DNA of 63,239 nt, the filler included, from Nemertoderma westbladi (Eukaryota > Animalia > Xenacoelomorpha): NCBI GenBank assembly GCA_032718475.1. It is 3 parts of 3 records of this genome, joined end to end, with 100 filler letters (N's around TTAATTAATTAA, not from the genome) between each part and the next. Parts side by side here need not be neighbours in the genome. Positions count along the whole stretch, not along the records: positions 25,555 to 55,898 come from JAUCBJ010002555.1; positions 55,999 to 63,239 come from JAUCBJ010001298.1; 1 more part is not named here. The stretch is one strand, 5' to 3'. The position numbers and the translations under genes are program-made. Shown one piece after another: positions 48,078 through 59,464 of this stretch; the first letter of the stretch is position 1; each line of letters opens with the position of its first letter. Below the pieces are notes generated by a model. The model did not search any database. It was not told where the DNA came from and saw nothing but the letters and a program-made list of their open reading frames with translations.

Positions 48078-50657
48078 ATGATGAATCGATCTACTCCCAA
48101 AAGACAAGGTTATACATCATCTGAGGAAGGCGATACCACCGATACTGAAGGCGGAGGAAATCGATCTCGCCTAAGCAGACGTAAAAGAATGTCCCACCGT
48201 CAGAAATTGCCTGATTTGCCCCCAGCTGTTAGAAGGCAACTAAATAACACAGATTTAGGTAGTACAGAACCCACAGACCAAATAATTAAAATAAAAAGAC
48301 TCCCTACTATAGTAGATGAGCCTGAAATAATTAGGCCTGTTCTTGAAATCACCCCTTCGGTGATAGAGACACCTGTGCTCCCAGAACCCACCTTTAAATT
48401 CCCTTTACACAGCACTAAATTATCTGTGCCTAGAGGAACAGCCCCTGAAACAGTGTCGGTCCTGGACTCCGAGCTAAATATAAAGGATATATCGCCCGTA
48501 GTCCCTCGTCTGCCCGCTACGACGTTGGCGGATCCCGCTTCGGCGGTTGATTGGGTAGACGAGAGACGGCGGGGGATGGACATTCTCCTCGGAGAGATGA
48601 AGGAGAATCGAGTGCTCTCCTCCCTACAGGTCCGAGAGTTAGAAGGGACTGTTCAACAGTTAAAGGGAACCGTAAAGGAAAGTAGGTTAGAGTTGCAAGA
48701 AGTGCAGCAAAGTATCGCGCTAGAACGCGATAAATTAGTAAATTTACAAAAGGGTATACCATCACCCCCGGTAACAATGTGTCAACCTGTTAGGTCTGAA
48801 GTATCTCATGCGCAAGGTGTAGAGCCTACACGCATATATACTGCTAGCGAAGTAGAAACTCCTATAGTGAACCCTATTAAGGGTAATTATAGACCTGTTG
48901 ATAATGACATTCCCTATAGACCTGATCATAATCCGAGAAATTTATATACCGATAACTCGATATTAAATAACACGATGGCCCAAGAAAGTTTTACGCGTCA
49001 AATGGCTAGAACCGAAGCCCGGCAAGCGGTAAAGGTGGGAGAGATAGTCAAGTTCAATGGAGATGAGATGAAATGGTTACCTTTTAATGAATATTATAAA
49101 GATAACATACAGAACTCTGTACTTTCTAATGGAGAGAAACTTAGATTCCTCATCGAGTGCTTGGAAGGATCTCCCAAGTTAATGGCGTTAAAGTTTATTG
49201 GACATCCAGACGGATTAAGACAAGTTTGGGATACACTAAACATCAGGTATGGTAATAGGAATAACATAGCTAAATATTTGTATGCAAAATTAGTAGCGCC
49301 CCGAAAGTTCATTAGCAGCGGGATAATAGAGTTTTCCGATGAGATTCAAGAGATCTGTAGACAATTGGATTGGTTAGGTAAGTCTCATGAATATCAGAGT
49401 TCTATGGTTATTGGAGCCGTGGCTTCTACTTTACCGAAGGGTGGAGTAGGTACACGCTGGGATAAGAAAGTGTTATATATGATGGAACAACAACGACGAG
49501 ACCCTACCATGGCTGATCTCATGTCATTCCTAGATGGAGAAGTGAAATTACAGCTCCTAAAACTGTCCAGAGAGAAGACACCGGAAAACAAGGTAAGTGA
49601 AAAACCCGTCTCTAGGAGAAAGGTAACACCAGTGTGTTATACAGACGACGGCGAAAGCCAGACTTCTCAAGGAGAGGATAGCGGGAAAGACACTGACAGA
49701 TCTTATTATGTCAATAAAATGCCTAAAGATCAGGTAAGTAAATTCAAGTCTCGAACCAATGACAGGAGAGAACAGGTAAGAAAAACTCCTCCTACGTCTC
49801 CCAAGAGAATTCAGGTGAGAAAGCCCGAAGAAAAAACAAGTGTGCACAATGTTACGCAAAATAAGGTAAGTAACATCAAACCGAAATGTGCGCTATGTGA
49901 TGGGACCCATCGCTTGAATATGTGTGATGAATTCCTAAAGAAATCATTAACTGAGAGACGTGAAGTCATGTGGGATAAGCGGTTGTGTTATAATTGCCTC
50001 AGACAAGGACACCAACGACGAACCTGTTACTCTGACACAAGGTGTGCCAAGTGCGGTGCGAAACATCATATCTTGTTGCACACTGAATTCGAGCGAAATA
50101 GTCCGAGTCAGGTAAGTGATTCCGAACTACATGTCCAATTCAGTGATGTGAACGACACTGATCAATCTGAGATGGAAGGATTCTATACGGACGAGTTCTC
50201 CGACGAAAACGAATCCTGTTACATGATAAATACCGCAGTGTATCGAGCACTCACTTATGAAAAAGATACAGAAAGTGACCTCACTCTAACTACTTCTGAT
50301 CGACAACCATTTTGGAAAGCGCCAACTTCCAATGTAGGGATTAGAGAATTTCCTGTGGTACAGGTAAGGGTCCACGGACCAAAAAGGAGTTATGTAGTGA
50401 ACGCCCTCCTTGACTCCGGTAGTACAGGAACATTCATCGACAAAGAGCTAGCCGAAGACATATTTGCTGGACAACCCAAGTTCCGAACTAAGCTAAACAT
50501 GTCAGGAATTATGCAGGTTTGGAAATCTACAGTAACAGCGGATTATTATGTAGGTGCGTTGTCCACCCCCCAGGACGAACTAGGAGAACATAGCATAAGG
50601 TCAGTGAAAATGGTGGCAATAAAGAACTTCGCTACTACCCAAGCGGAACCTTTATAA
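48078..50657 (+). CDS. Bel/Pao Gag-protease
   Basis: DUF1759-like FNGD..KW..F...EKLRFL..CLEG...RYGN; three Cys/His knuckles (CALC..H..C, CYNC...H...C, CAKC...HH..LH); protease ALLDSGS. Confidence 0.9.
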   Translation: MMNRSTPKRQGYTSSEEGDTTDTEGGGNRSRLSRRKRMSHRQKLPDLPPAVRRQLNNTDLGSTEPTDQIIKIKRLPTIVDEPEIIRPVLEITPSVIETPVLPEPTFKFPLHSTKLSVPRGTAPETVSVLDSELNIKDISPVVPRLPATTLADPASAVDWVDERRRGMDILLGEMKENRVLSSLQVRELEGTVQQLKGTVKESRLELQEVQQSIALERDKLVNLQKGIPSPPVTMCQPVRSEVSHAQGVEPTRIYTASEVETPIVNPIKGNYRPVDNDIPYRPDHNPRNLYTDNSILNNTMAQESFTRQMARTEARQAVKVGEIVKFNGDEMKWLPFNEYYKDNIQNSVLSNGEKLRFLIECLEGSPKLMALKFIGHPDGLRQVWDTLNIRYGNRNNIAKYLYAKLVAPRKFISSGIIEFSDEIQEICRQLDWLGKSHEYQSSMVIGAVASTLPKGGVGTRWDKKVLYMMEQQRRDPTMADLMSFLDGEVKLQLLKLSREKTPENKVSEKPVSRRKVTPVCYTDDGESQTSQGEDSGKDTDRSYYVNKMPKDQVSKFKSRTNDRREQVRKTPPTSPKRIQVRKPEEKTSVHNVTQNKVSNIKPKCALCDGTHRLNMCDEFLKKSLTERREVMWDKRLCYNCLRQGHQRRTCYSDTRCAKCGAKHHILLHTEFERNSPSQVSDSELHVQFSDVNDTDQSEMEGFYTDEFSDENESCYMINTAVYRALTYEKDTESDLTLTTSDRQPFWKAPTSNVGIREFPVVQVRVHGPKRSYVVNALLDSGSTGTFIDKELAEDIFAGQPKFRTKLNMSGIMQVWKSTVTADYYVGALSTPQDELGEHSIRSVKMVAIKNFATTQAEPL

Positions 50658-50688
50658 TTGGGACGAGGATGAGTTAGCATCCAGCATC

Positions 50689-53600
50689 TTGAAGATACCT
50701 CGATTCCAGACACCGATTATCCTGGAGTGCAAATACTCATCGGCCAAAACGCGCATGAGGCGCTCGAGACATTGGAGAAACGGCCTGCTCAACCGCAGCC
50801 ACTACAAACCTTATGCGGTAAGAACTAGAGTGGGTTGGTACTTTACTGGCCCTTCCCGTAGAACTCTCATGGAAAGATTACCGAAAGATCAGGTATATCA
50901 AGTGCGAGAATGGGAAGTTGAGAACAGTGAGTTCGACGATCCAACTGAGGGAACTCCATACTCCTCAGACAACGACGATATACATCAACTTTTTGACGAG
51001 GAGAATGCCATCGATCTCCTTAAGGAAAGCGAGACTTGGCAAAACCAAGTGAATTTATGTCAACTCCTTCTTCCATCCGAGCGAGACGACTATAACGACG
51101 AGCTTAATGACGTCATTGAACGTTATAATGCCAAGACTCGGGATGAACACGCCGTGAGATTCTTTACTCAAGAGGCTGTAGAGCCCAACTCCTACGATAA
51201 GGCCCTATCGGTGGAGGAAGAAAGAGCCAAGCAGATCCAAGCGACAACTACTCGTTTTCTTAAAGATCAAGGTAGGTATGAGATCGGTCTTCCTTTCCGA
51301 AAGCGAGAACCAAAGTTCATTAACAACAGACCCTTGGCGGAGAAAAGAATTGCTCAACTACATCGACGCCTTACGGCAAATTCTTCAGCTAAAGAAATGT
51401 ATCAAACGCAGTTGAAGAAGTTTATTAGCAAGGGATATGCGGAGCTAGTACCGGAAGAAACACCTATAACTGAGAGAACGTATTATTTAACTCACCATTA
51501 CGTTCCCAAACCCGGTAAACCCCATGAAGTACGAGTGGTGTTTGACGGCTCCGCCCTCTATATGGGCCAATCCCTTAATTCTGAATTGTTACCCGGACCC
51601 AACTTACTCCAATCCTTGTTGGGAATACTATTAAGATTAAGACAATATTCCATTGCTTTCGCCTCAGATATAGAAGGCATGTTCTTACAAGTCAAAGCGC
51701 TGGATAGGGATCGAGATAGCCTACGATTTCTGTGGTGGCCTGAAGGAGACCTCAACCAGAAACCGGTGGAGTACTGGATGACCATCCAAGCCTTCGGGAT
51801 AATCTCGAGCCCTTCAAACGCCTGTTCCGTGGTGCGCACTACTGCGGATGACAACCGAGACGCCTTCTCTAAAGAGGTGATTGACAACATCAAGAGAGAC
51901 ATCTACATGGACGATAATCTAAAGTCCCTTCCATCAGTCGCAGAAGCCATTGAGGTCGCTAAAGGAACGGTAGAGTGCTTAAAGAAAGGTGGATTTCGAT
52001 TAACTAAATTCACCAGCAACTCCCGTGAGTTTCTGGAGTCGATCCCGGTAGAAGATCGAGGAACAAAAGACCTAGATCTAATAAAGGATGATCTCCCAGA
52101 GACTAAAACCCTCGGTTTGAAATGGGACACCGAAAGAGACATCCTGTTTTTCCAACTAAAACAGCGAGATAATCCAGTTCGGACTAAACGGATTTGTCTA
52201 AGTATCTTGAGCACTTATTTCGATCCATTGGGATTTATTAGCCCAGTTATATTGATTGCTCGGAGTTTAGTACAACAAATGTGGCTTGAAAACCACTCAT
52301 GGGACGATCCACTTAAGGGAGAATTATTAAAGAAGTGGATGAAATGGGAAGATTCTCTACCGGCCATCGAGAACTTTATAATTTCCCGTTCATATTTTGG
52401 TCATGTTCTCCCTACGTATTCCTATCAACTCCATGTGTTTGGAGACGCCAGCGATATGGGAATAGGTATAGTAGCCTACCTAAGGGTGGAAACTCCGGAC
52501 GGAATCAAAGTCGCCTTAGTTACCTCTAAGGCATTGATAAACAACAAGTTGAAAGTTCCTCGAGCGGAGTTAAAAGCGGCTCTATACGCTACAGCCATCG
52601 GCCGGAATGTAACAGAACAGATTGATTATCCACTGGAGAAAACTGTCTATTGGACCGACGCTTTACTCGTGTTGGAGTATATAACCAATGAAGTCTGTCA
52701 GTTCAGCGTCTTCGTTACCAACAGAGTAGCCATTATACTCAGTCGCACAATGATGGATCAATGGAGACATTGCCCCGGAACGATTAACCCAGCAGACATC
52801 GCCTCCAGGGGAGCAACTCCACAAGAACTAGTAGATACTCCAGACTGGTTAGGTGGACCCGACTTCCTCTACAAAGAAGAAGAAGAATGGCCTCCTCATC
52901 TTACTACAGCAGAAATTAGACAGGCCAAGGGAGCGGAGAAAGTCAAACTTAAAACCCGGGCGAGTAAATCGAAGTTATTCAAACCCATGGTAGATCTGTC
53001 TGTACTACATACTTCCGGAGACGACGCTTCGGATCAGAAACCAACAGCCACAAATAAACTCGTTGTGGAAATCCGTGAGAAGGATTGGAAATCTGGGATA
53101 CCAGACGTCTCGCAAGGACTCTCACCTCTTCTGCAGAGAGCGATACATCACTACAGTTCCTGGAATCGGCTCTGTAAGGCCGTTACATATTTAAAGAGAT
53201 GTTTTCACCATCACTACTCCGGGACGAAGGCCAAAGGTGATACCGCTCCAATAACATCAGTGCAAGTCCATGTTATTAAAGATCTTCCCAACTATAAGAT
53301 ACCCGACAAGTTTCTGAAGGAGAAGATCAGTTATCAGGAGCATGAAGAAACCAACAAGCAGATGCTGAGACTCCTGCAATGCGATGAAGATTCCGATAAG
53401 TATTTCCTGTTGTTGTTGAGAAATCCACAGATGCGCTTAAGGGATCGCTTCTCTAGCACAATGATAGATGGGTCGATACGTGTTGGAGGAAGGTTAACGA
53501 ATGCACCATTATCCTTTGACACTAAGTTCCCCATACTCATTAGAAATCTTGAAATACAAGTCAAGATGATTGTAGATGTTCACAGCAAACTTTATCATGC

Positions 53601-54792
53601 TGGTAGAGAACAAGTTCTTAGCGAAATTCGAACTCGCTATTATTTTTATAAACCCCGTAGAGCTCTGAACCAAGTTCTTAGGAACTGTATACCCTGTAGG
53701 AAAGCATTCAGTAGGCCTTTAACACAGCGAGAGGCAGAATTACCTAGGGAACGAGTAAGCTTCTATGAACCACCCTTTACTAATACCGGTGTGGATTTAT
53801 TTGGCCCTATTGAAGTATATCGTGCTAGGACTATAGTCAAGAGATGGTGTGTAATCTTTGTTTGTATGACTTGTAGAGCTATCCATCTCGATATGGTGAA
53901 CGATTTATCGACCAACAGCTTCCTATTAAGCTTACGACGGCAGATCGCTCGCTTTGGCACTAGTAACACGATGAGATTGGATAAGGGAACTAACTTCATT
54001 GGTGCCAACAATGAAATCAAAGCTTACGTCAAAGATTGGAATCAAAGACAGGTGGACAATCAGCTACGAGTGACAGTGTCTAGCTGGACCTTCAACGCCG
54101 CCGACGCCCCTTGGTGGGGAGGAAGTTGGGAGAGATTAATAAGAAGTGTGAAGACAGCATTTCACTTTATAGTGCCTTGCCGCGCGTATCTCACCGACGA
54201 ACTTTTGCGGACGTTAATGGAGGAAATCGCCGCCTATCTCAACGAGAGACCTCTCATGCCAGTCTCATCTAGTCCCGATTCCCTGGAAGCGCTAACACCC
54301 GCACACTTCCTACTGAAGAAACCTGTAGCCATGCTCCCACAATCGGAAATCACAGACGGAGACGAATACTGCCGGCAAACTTGGCAACTCATGCAGTTGT
54401 TATCCCGTCGTTTCGCTGATCATTTCGAAAAACATTATCTGCCCACGCTACAACTTCGAACTAAGTGGTTTGCGCAGCAAGAAAATGTCAGCGCTGGAGA
54501 CATGGTTCTTATTGTGGATGTAGATCTTCCACGTAAGAGGTGGCAGGCAGGTCGTATCATCGAGACCCACATCTCTGATGATGGTTTGGTGCGATCGGTA
54601 GAACTCATCGTCATGCGACGTAACTTCAAGAAACCGGGAATTGTCTTCGAGACGCAGCAGCTCAACCGCCCGGTGGGACGCTTATGTTTACTGGAAAGAG
54701 ACAGAGAACTCTCCGGAAACTATGGGAGGCAAGATACTCTTCCCACGACCACCTCCCTAATCCAACAAACATCTAGGGACTCCCCAATTTAA
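50689..54792 (+). CDS. Bel/Pao Pol (RT, RNase H, integrase, DUF5641-like tail)
   Basis: RVVFDGS, DIEGMF, YMDD, HVFGDAS, NPADIASRG, H...C..C, GVDLFGP, DKGTNF, GGSWERL, DGLVRSV. The junction to gag is disrupted. Confidence 0.95.
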   Translation: MKIPRFQTPIILECKYSSAKTRMRRSRHWRNGLLNRSHYKPYAVRTRVGWYFTGPSRRTLMERLPKDQVYQVREWEVENSEFDDPTEGTPYSSDNDDIHQLFDEENAIDLLKESETWQNQVNLCQLLLPSERDDYNDELNDVIERYNAKTRDEHAVRFFTQEAVEPNSYDKALSVEEERAKQIQATTTRFLKDQGRYEIGLPFRKREPKFINNRPLAEKRIAQLHRRLTANSSAKEMYQTQLKKFISKGYAELVPEETPITERTYYLTHHYVPKPGKPHEVRVVFDGSALYMGQSLNSELLPGPNLLQSLLGILLRLRQYSIAFASDIEGMFLQVKALDRDRDSLRFLWWPEGDLNQKPVEYWMTIQAFGIISSPSNACSVVRTTADDNRDAFSKEVIDNIKRDIYMDDNLKSLPSVAEAIEVAKGTVECLKKGGFRLTKFTSNSREFLESIPVEDRGTKDLDLIKDDLPETKTLGLKWDTERDILFFQLKQRDNPVRTKRICLSILSTYFDPLGFISPVILIARSLVQQMWLENHSWDDPLKGELLKKWMKWEDSLPAIENFIISRSYFGHVLPTYSYQLHVFGDASDMGIGIVAYLRVETPDGIKVALVTSKALINNKLKVPRAELKAALYATAIGRNVTEQIDYPLEKTVYWTDALLVLEYITNEVCQFSVFVTNRVAIILSRTMMDQWRHCPGTINPADIASRGATPQELVDTPDWLGGPDFLYKEEEEWPPHLTTAEIRQAKGAEKVKLKTRASKSKLFKPMVDLSVLHTSGDDASDQKPTATNKLVVEIREKDWKSGIPDVSQGLSPLLQRAIHHYSSWNRLCKAVTYLKRCFHHHYSGTKAKGDTAPITSVQVHVIKDLPNYKIPDKFLKEKISYQEHEETNKQMLRLLQCDEDSDKYFLLLLRNPQMRLRDRFSSTMIDGSIRVGGRLTNAPLSFDTKFPILIRNLEIQVKMIVDVHSKLYHAGREQVLSEIRTRYYFYKPRRALNQVLRNCIPCRKAFSRPLTQREAELPRERVSFYEPPFTNTGVDLFGPIEVYRARTIVKRWCVIFVCMTCRAIHLDMVNDLSTNSFLLSLRRQIARFGTSNTMRLDKGTNFIGANNEIKAYVKDWNQRQVDNQLRVTVSSWTFNAADAPWWGGSWERLIRSVKTAFHFIVPCRAYLTDELLRTLMEEIAAYLNERPLMPVSSSPDSLEALTPAHFLLKKPVAMLPQSEITDGDEYCRQTWQLMQLLSRRFADHFEKHYLPTLQLRTKWFAQQENVSAGDMVLIVDVDLPRKRWQAGRIIETHISDDGLVRSVELIVMRRNFKKPGIVFETQQLNRPVGRLCLLERDRELSGNYGRQDTLPTTTSLIQQTSRDSPI

Positions 54793-55898
54793 CAACGGCT
54801 GGAGTGGGTGTATGACTATATTTTATATTTGTCTTATTATTTTATATTTATGTATGTATTATTATGTAATTTTATTATAATCGTTTTATTTAATTTTATT
54901 TAGTAGAATATTATTTTAGCGATTATTTAGTAGATTAGTGCAATATATATTCACGTTCATTACGTAATTACTTATATTATATATTTAGTGCGACGGCGAG
55001 AAATAATTCTTTTCTTTTTCCTTACTGCCCGTATTATATTACGAATACGTAACTACAGTAAGATGAAATGTCCGTACTTATTAAAGTACAATAAAGCCAC
55101 TACTATATTCAAGTATTATTGGTAGGCAGAGTATTAGGAATGCAAAGTTCAGATCCTCGTGTCTCGGCTAAACCAAGCTCTGGGTAGACCTTGGAAACGA
55201 CTTGCCTCTTCACACTGACATTGCTTCGTGCGATATTGCTCTCATACCGTATATTAAATAATACATATAGTAGCGTGATGTCCCTTTAACAGTAGCGTAT
55301 AACGCAAAATAAATCTGTTAAACCCTTTTGACCATCTGCAATTCTAGTCGATTAAGATATCGCGGCACCCACCGATATACTTGAAAGACAAAACTCTAGA
55401 ATCAGTGGTTAACGTCCCCAGACAAGTTCTGGAATAAACTGGTGCCCATACTAAATATTAATCATTAATATTTACAAAATCTGTCAAATATCAGATCCTT
55501 TAAAATTCTAGTCGATTAAGATATCGTAGCACTTACCGATACTCTTAAAAAGACAAAATTCCTAGAATCAAGGATCCAAGTCCCCAGACACGTTCTGTAA
55601 TGAAATTGCGTCTATTTAACATTAAATAATAAAATTTACGGGAATAAATTTAAATTCAGATATTTCAATGAATTTAATAAATTGTCATTTTATACAATTT
55701 ATAACATTCCCAAAATTCCATTAATTAATAGATCATGGGAGCGGAGATTCACTCTATTAAGTGTATTTGTGTGTGAGAATCTCCAATATATAGTCAATAG
55801 CCGATAAAATTCATAGAATCATGTATAAAGGGGATATTGACCATTAAAGAATTACTATTAAATAGCATCCCAGATCTGTATGCATGAGAGTTACCCTA

Positions 55899-55998
55899 NN
55901 NNNNNNNNNNNNNNNNNNNNNNNNNNNNNNNNNNNNNNNNNNTTAATTAATTAANNNNNNNNNNNNNNNNNNNNNNNNNNNNNNNNNNNNNNNNNNNN
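55899..55998. other. Assembly gap with TTAATTAATTAA linker
   Basis: N runs around the linker. Confidence 0.97.
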
Positions 55999-56067
55999 GA
56001 ATACATAGAATGAAACACATAGAATGAACATAGAGAGAAACACATAGAATGCTCATCAGATATAAAT

Positions 56068-56712
56068 ATGGGACGGCTACAACATATTATACGAGGATGC
56101 GAAAGAGCCAATGGAGCTCCATCTGTTGCCCGGCCTATAATGGCAGCCGACCTACACTTATTAATGCAATCCTTACCACAATTTTACAACAACCGTTTGC
56201 TTGATATACAAATGATGAAGGCCATTTTTACAATGGCTTTCTTCGGTGGCATGAGAGTGTCAGAATATGTTAATTTGACAAGGTCTAATATCGAAATGTC
56301 AATTAATTGCATAATCATAACTCTGGACCATTCAAAGACATCACGTTCAGCTCTAAAGTTTCCCATTGCTAAGGTGGGTGGACCATTGTGCCCACATAAT
56401 CGCCTGAAGATATACCTACAGTTCAGAGATCAATGCGGCCCAAACATATCCCCACTTTTTATATGGTCAACAGGTGAATCAGTTCAAGCCCACCACATTA
56501 ATGGTGTTTTACGTAAAATAATGGGACAGGGTTACTCCAGCCATAGTTTTCGTTCTGGGATGGCCACCACTGCCTCCAAGGTTGGTATACCTCCAAACAC
56601 TATAAAGAAATTAGGACGATGGAGAAGTTCTTGCTACGAATCCTACATAAGGCCATCAGACTACGAACTCATAAATGCTCAACGCGTTATGGTATCTTCA
56701 ATCAATAACTGA
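56068..56712 (+). CDS. Tyrosine recombinase of a DIRS-order (Ngaro/PAT-like) retrotransposon; 5' part lost in the gap
   Basis: AFFGGMRVSE (R), SKT (K), HSFRSG (HxxR), LGRWRS..Y..Y. Confidence 0.88.
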   Translation: MGRLQHIIRGCERANGAPSVARPIMAADLHLLMQSLPQFYNNRLLDIQMMKAIFTMAFFGGMRVSEYVNLTRSNIEMSINCIIITLDHSKTSRSALKFPIAKVGGPLCPHNRLKIYLQFRDQCGPNISPLFIWSTGESVQAHHINGVLRKIMGQGYSSHSFRSGMATTASKVGIPPNTIKKLGRWRSSCYESYIRPSDYELINAQRVMVSSINN

Positions 56713-57036
56713 TACATGTTCACTGATCATGAACATAATATATGATTACTATTATTATTAGATATTATATATATCCTTTATTCGAAATTATATATAGTCA
56801 TATATTATATCTCAATTTACCTATACACAACAGCATGTGTGTTGTATACGCATGAAAATATCGATTCTGAATTTATTCTATTAGAAACCAAAATCGCCAT
56901 CTCAATTTGTAAGAATAATAATAATTAATAGTGCCTCAATTTATTTTTTTTCATGGTTGAAATAGGCATAGGAAGTGGTACTTGATCAGTGCATTTCCGT
57001 ATATCCACCTTCTGCCATTCTGATTGGGGGTTTCTT

Positions 57037-57913
57037 TGGGGGGTTATTTTTTCCCTCTTCAGAATAGCAAACAGGATTACCTAACTAGGCTAGACTTCCC
57101 CAAACACGAACGCGAGCAATTCGACAGACAATGGTGCATAACGACAACGTTTGTATTATATCACTATATATATGTATTTCCACAGGAGATCGCTGTAATA
57201 CCCAATTGACAAAGGTAATTGGTTTTGCAGCGACATCCTATGTGACTATTTTCCCTTCCTTGGAGGGGTGTGTGTGTATTAGCATTTGCTCGGCAGGAAT
57301 AACCAGACTCATATATCAACCTGGACCAGAGCCATTTCCCCTCCCTTGGAGGTTGTGTATCAGCATATGGTCTATAGGAACAACCAGGTTTGTAAATCAC
57401 TCTGGGCAGCAAAGCTCAAAGCCAGAATATCGTTGCTAAGGCAACGTCCTATCAGAGCTTCAAGGTGCAGGTAGGTTACTAGCAGTGTAAGTAATAGAGC
57501 TGACTGCTCACCGTATATTGACAAATATTGGGTTCACTGAAACGTTCATTCCAACATTGCATAATACTACAAATATTATACTGACTTATTGTTTGTTAAT
57601 ATTTTCACCAAGGGAGAAATATTTGGATAGCATTCTAAAAATTTTTTTTTTTTTTTACCCTCTTCCGGCCTTGCGATTGGCCGTAGATGAACGATCTTAG
57701 ACAGCACGCGTTTTCTGGTCTTACCTAGTTTCCTATCTTGTCTGCCCACCTGGGGGGTTGTTTTTTCCCTCTTCAGAATAGCAAACAGGATTACCTAACT
57801 AGGCTAGACTTTCCCAAACACGAACGCGAGCAATTCGACAGACAATGGTGCATAACGACAACGTTTGTATTATATCACTATATATATGTATTTCCACAGG
57901 AGATCGCTGTAAT
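57037..57913. repeat. Split direct repeats, ~163 bp (57037-57199, 57751-57913)
   Basis: Near-identical copies downstream of the recombinase; fits the B1-A2-B2 end of Ngaro/PAT elements. Confidence 0.8.
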
Positions 57914-58118
57914 GGTAGTTAACTGCCTTGCTTATACCACCACCTTCTCTTGTTGTTGGGCTATCTTTCCCCTAATCCAATAGGAGGTAATTCATTACTC
58001 TGTTAGTGAGTTGCATTGCTTGTAGTGATTTAAACGTAATAGTTTCCCCCATCCAGCAGTGAATCAGAATATTTATTACGGTATTTTCTTGACTAATAAA
58101 TTATCAGTTGTATACCTA

Positions 58119-59463
58119 TTACTTACTACTACTAGGTCGAGCGAACTCGGACAGTGGAAATGAGATCCTTCCAAGCTTCCCGATTCTCCATAATTGTCGC
58201 AATTTCGTTTCTCCCAAGTTCAGTATCCCTTTCAAGTTGATCTATTTATGTTATGGCCGGTCGTCCACAACTATGCTTTCCATGAGTTGGTTGCCAGAGA
58301 AGTAGATCTGGTATGACCTCATCTTTACTTCGCCAGCAGTGCCCACTGAATCTTAATCTGCATACACGGAGGGTGGTTGATACAGGTGGTATTGTACCGT
58401 AAAGCTCGGCGTTTGTCATGTGTTGTCTCCAGCTGATGTTTAGGGTTGCCCTTAGTAGTCTTGTGTAGCAACCATCAATTCGTTGTTCAAGTGATTTAGT
58501 CAGTGTCCAGGTCTCACCCCCATATAAAAATACACTTTCCACTGTGGCTCGAAAGAACTTAGTCTTCAGGTGCCTGGAGAGATCTGATTTCCAGATGGTA
58601 TCCATTTTTGATAGAGCTACCCAAGCCTTTGCTTTCCTAACTTCTATGTCCTTTTTGCTACTCTCTATCCATGATCAAAGGTACTGGATGTCATCGACCT
58701 TCCTTAGTTGATTATTATCAATGGTTGTCAAGTTTCCATCAACATTAAAGGTCATGAATTCGGTCTTTGTAGCATTTATATGCAATCCAACCTCCGTAGC
58801 AGCCCTCTCCACTTTATTTAGTAGAAGCTGTGCATCTGCTAGCGTATTAGAGAGCAGGGCGATGTCATCCGCAAAGTCGGTGTCTGTGACTGTAGTTGCC
58901 GGATATCTACTACTTTTGCGTTCTTGAAGTGTGAATCCCAGATCTTCACCCTTAGTGGCCGTCCTCATTGCGTAATCCAGCACAATTACAAATAGTAATG
59001 GTGCTAATGTGTCACCTTGCAGTACGCCAGCCAGGATGAGAAAAACTCAGTTTCACCATCTTGTGAGAGTACCTGCGCTTCTGTGTCACAATATAACAAT
59101 CCAATGCCTGCAACAATTACTTCTGGTATTCCATAAGCTCTTACGATTTCAAGCATTTTACCTCTATGGATGGAGTCGAATGCCTTCTTGAAGTCCAAAA
59201 AAGTCATGACTGCGGGGAGATTCTTTGACTTAATTCCTTCAATCAGTCTCCGTAGTGCAAGTATCTGAGCTATTGTTGATCTACTTGGTCGAAATCCGTT
59301 TTGGCTCTTATGCAGTAGTTTCTCTATGTGAGGCCTAATCCTATATAGAATCAATTTATTGTATATTTTGGCAGCTACCACAAGCAGACAGATCCCACGA
59401 TAGTTTGTTGGTATGCCGAGGTCTCCTTTCTTGGGGAGAGGCATTAGTTGACCTTTAGTCCAA
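58119..59463 (-). mobile_element. RTE-clade LINE, 5'-truncated, frameshifted RT
   Basis: PLPKKGDL, NYRGICLL, QNGFRPSRST, LDFKKAFDSI, FADDIALL, LYGGETWTL; (TAG)n tail. Confidence 0.92.
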
Positions 59464-59464
59464 A

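Larger units (their letters stand above)
43022..55110 (+). mobile_element. Bel/Pao LTR retrotransposon with long 5' leader; boundaries approximate
   Basis: gag-PR-RT-RH-IN order; purine-rich tract followed by TG at 54809; no matching LTR pair identified. Confidence 0.8.

Noticed and set aside
50640-50810. Programmed gag-pol frameshift
   Set aside because: The conserved protease-linker motif (HLED...VQILIG) continues in the gag frame after two stops and switches frame only near 50800, indicating multiple lesions. Bel/Pao elements usually have a single ORF.
56068-56712. Prophage integrase or bacterial contamination
   Set aside because: The LGRWxS motif and split direct repeats fit a eukaryotic DIRS-order element; the RluA-family gene is likewise the eukaryotic RPUSD4 type.
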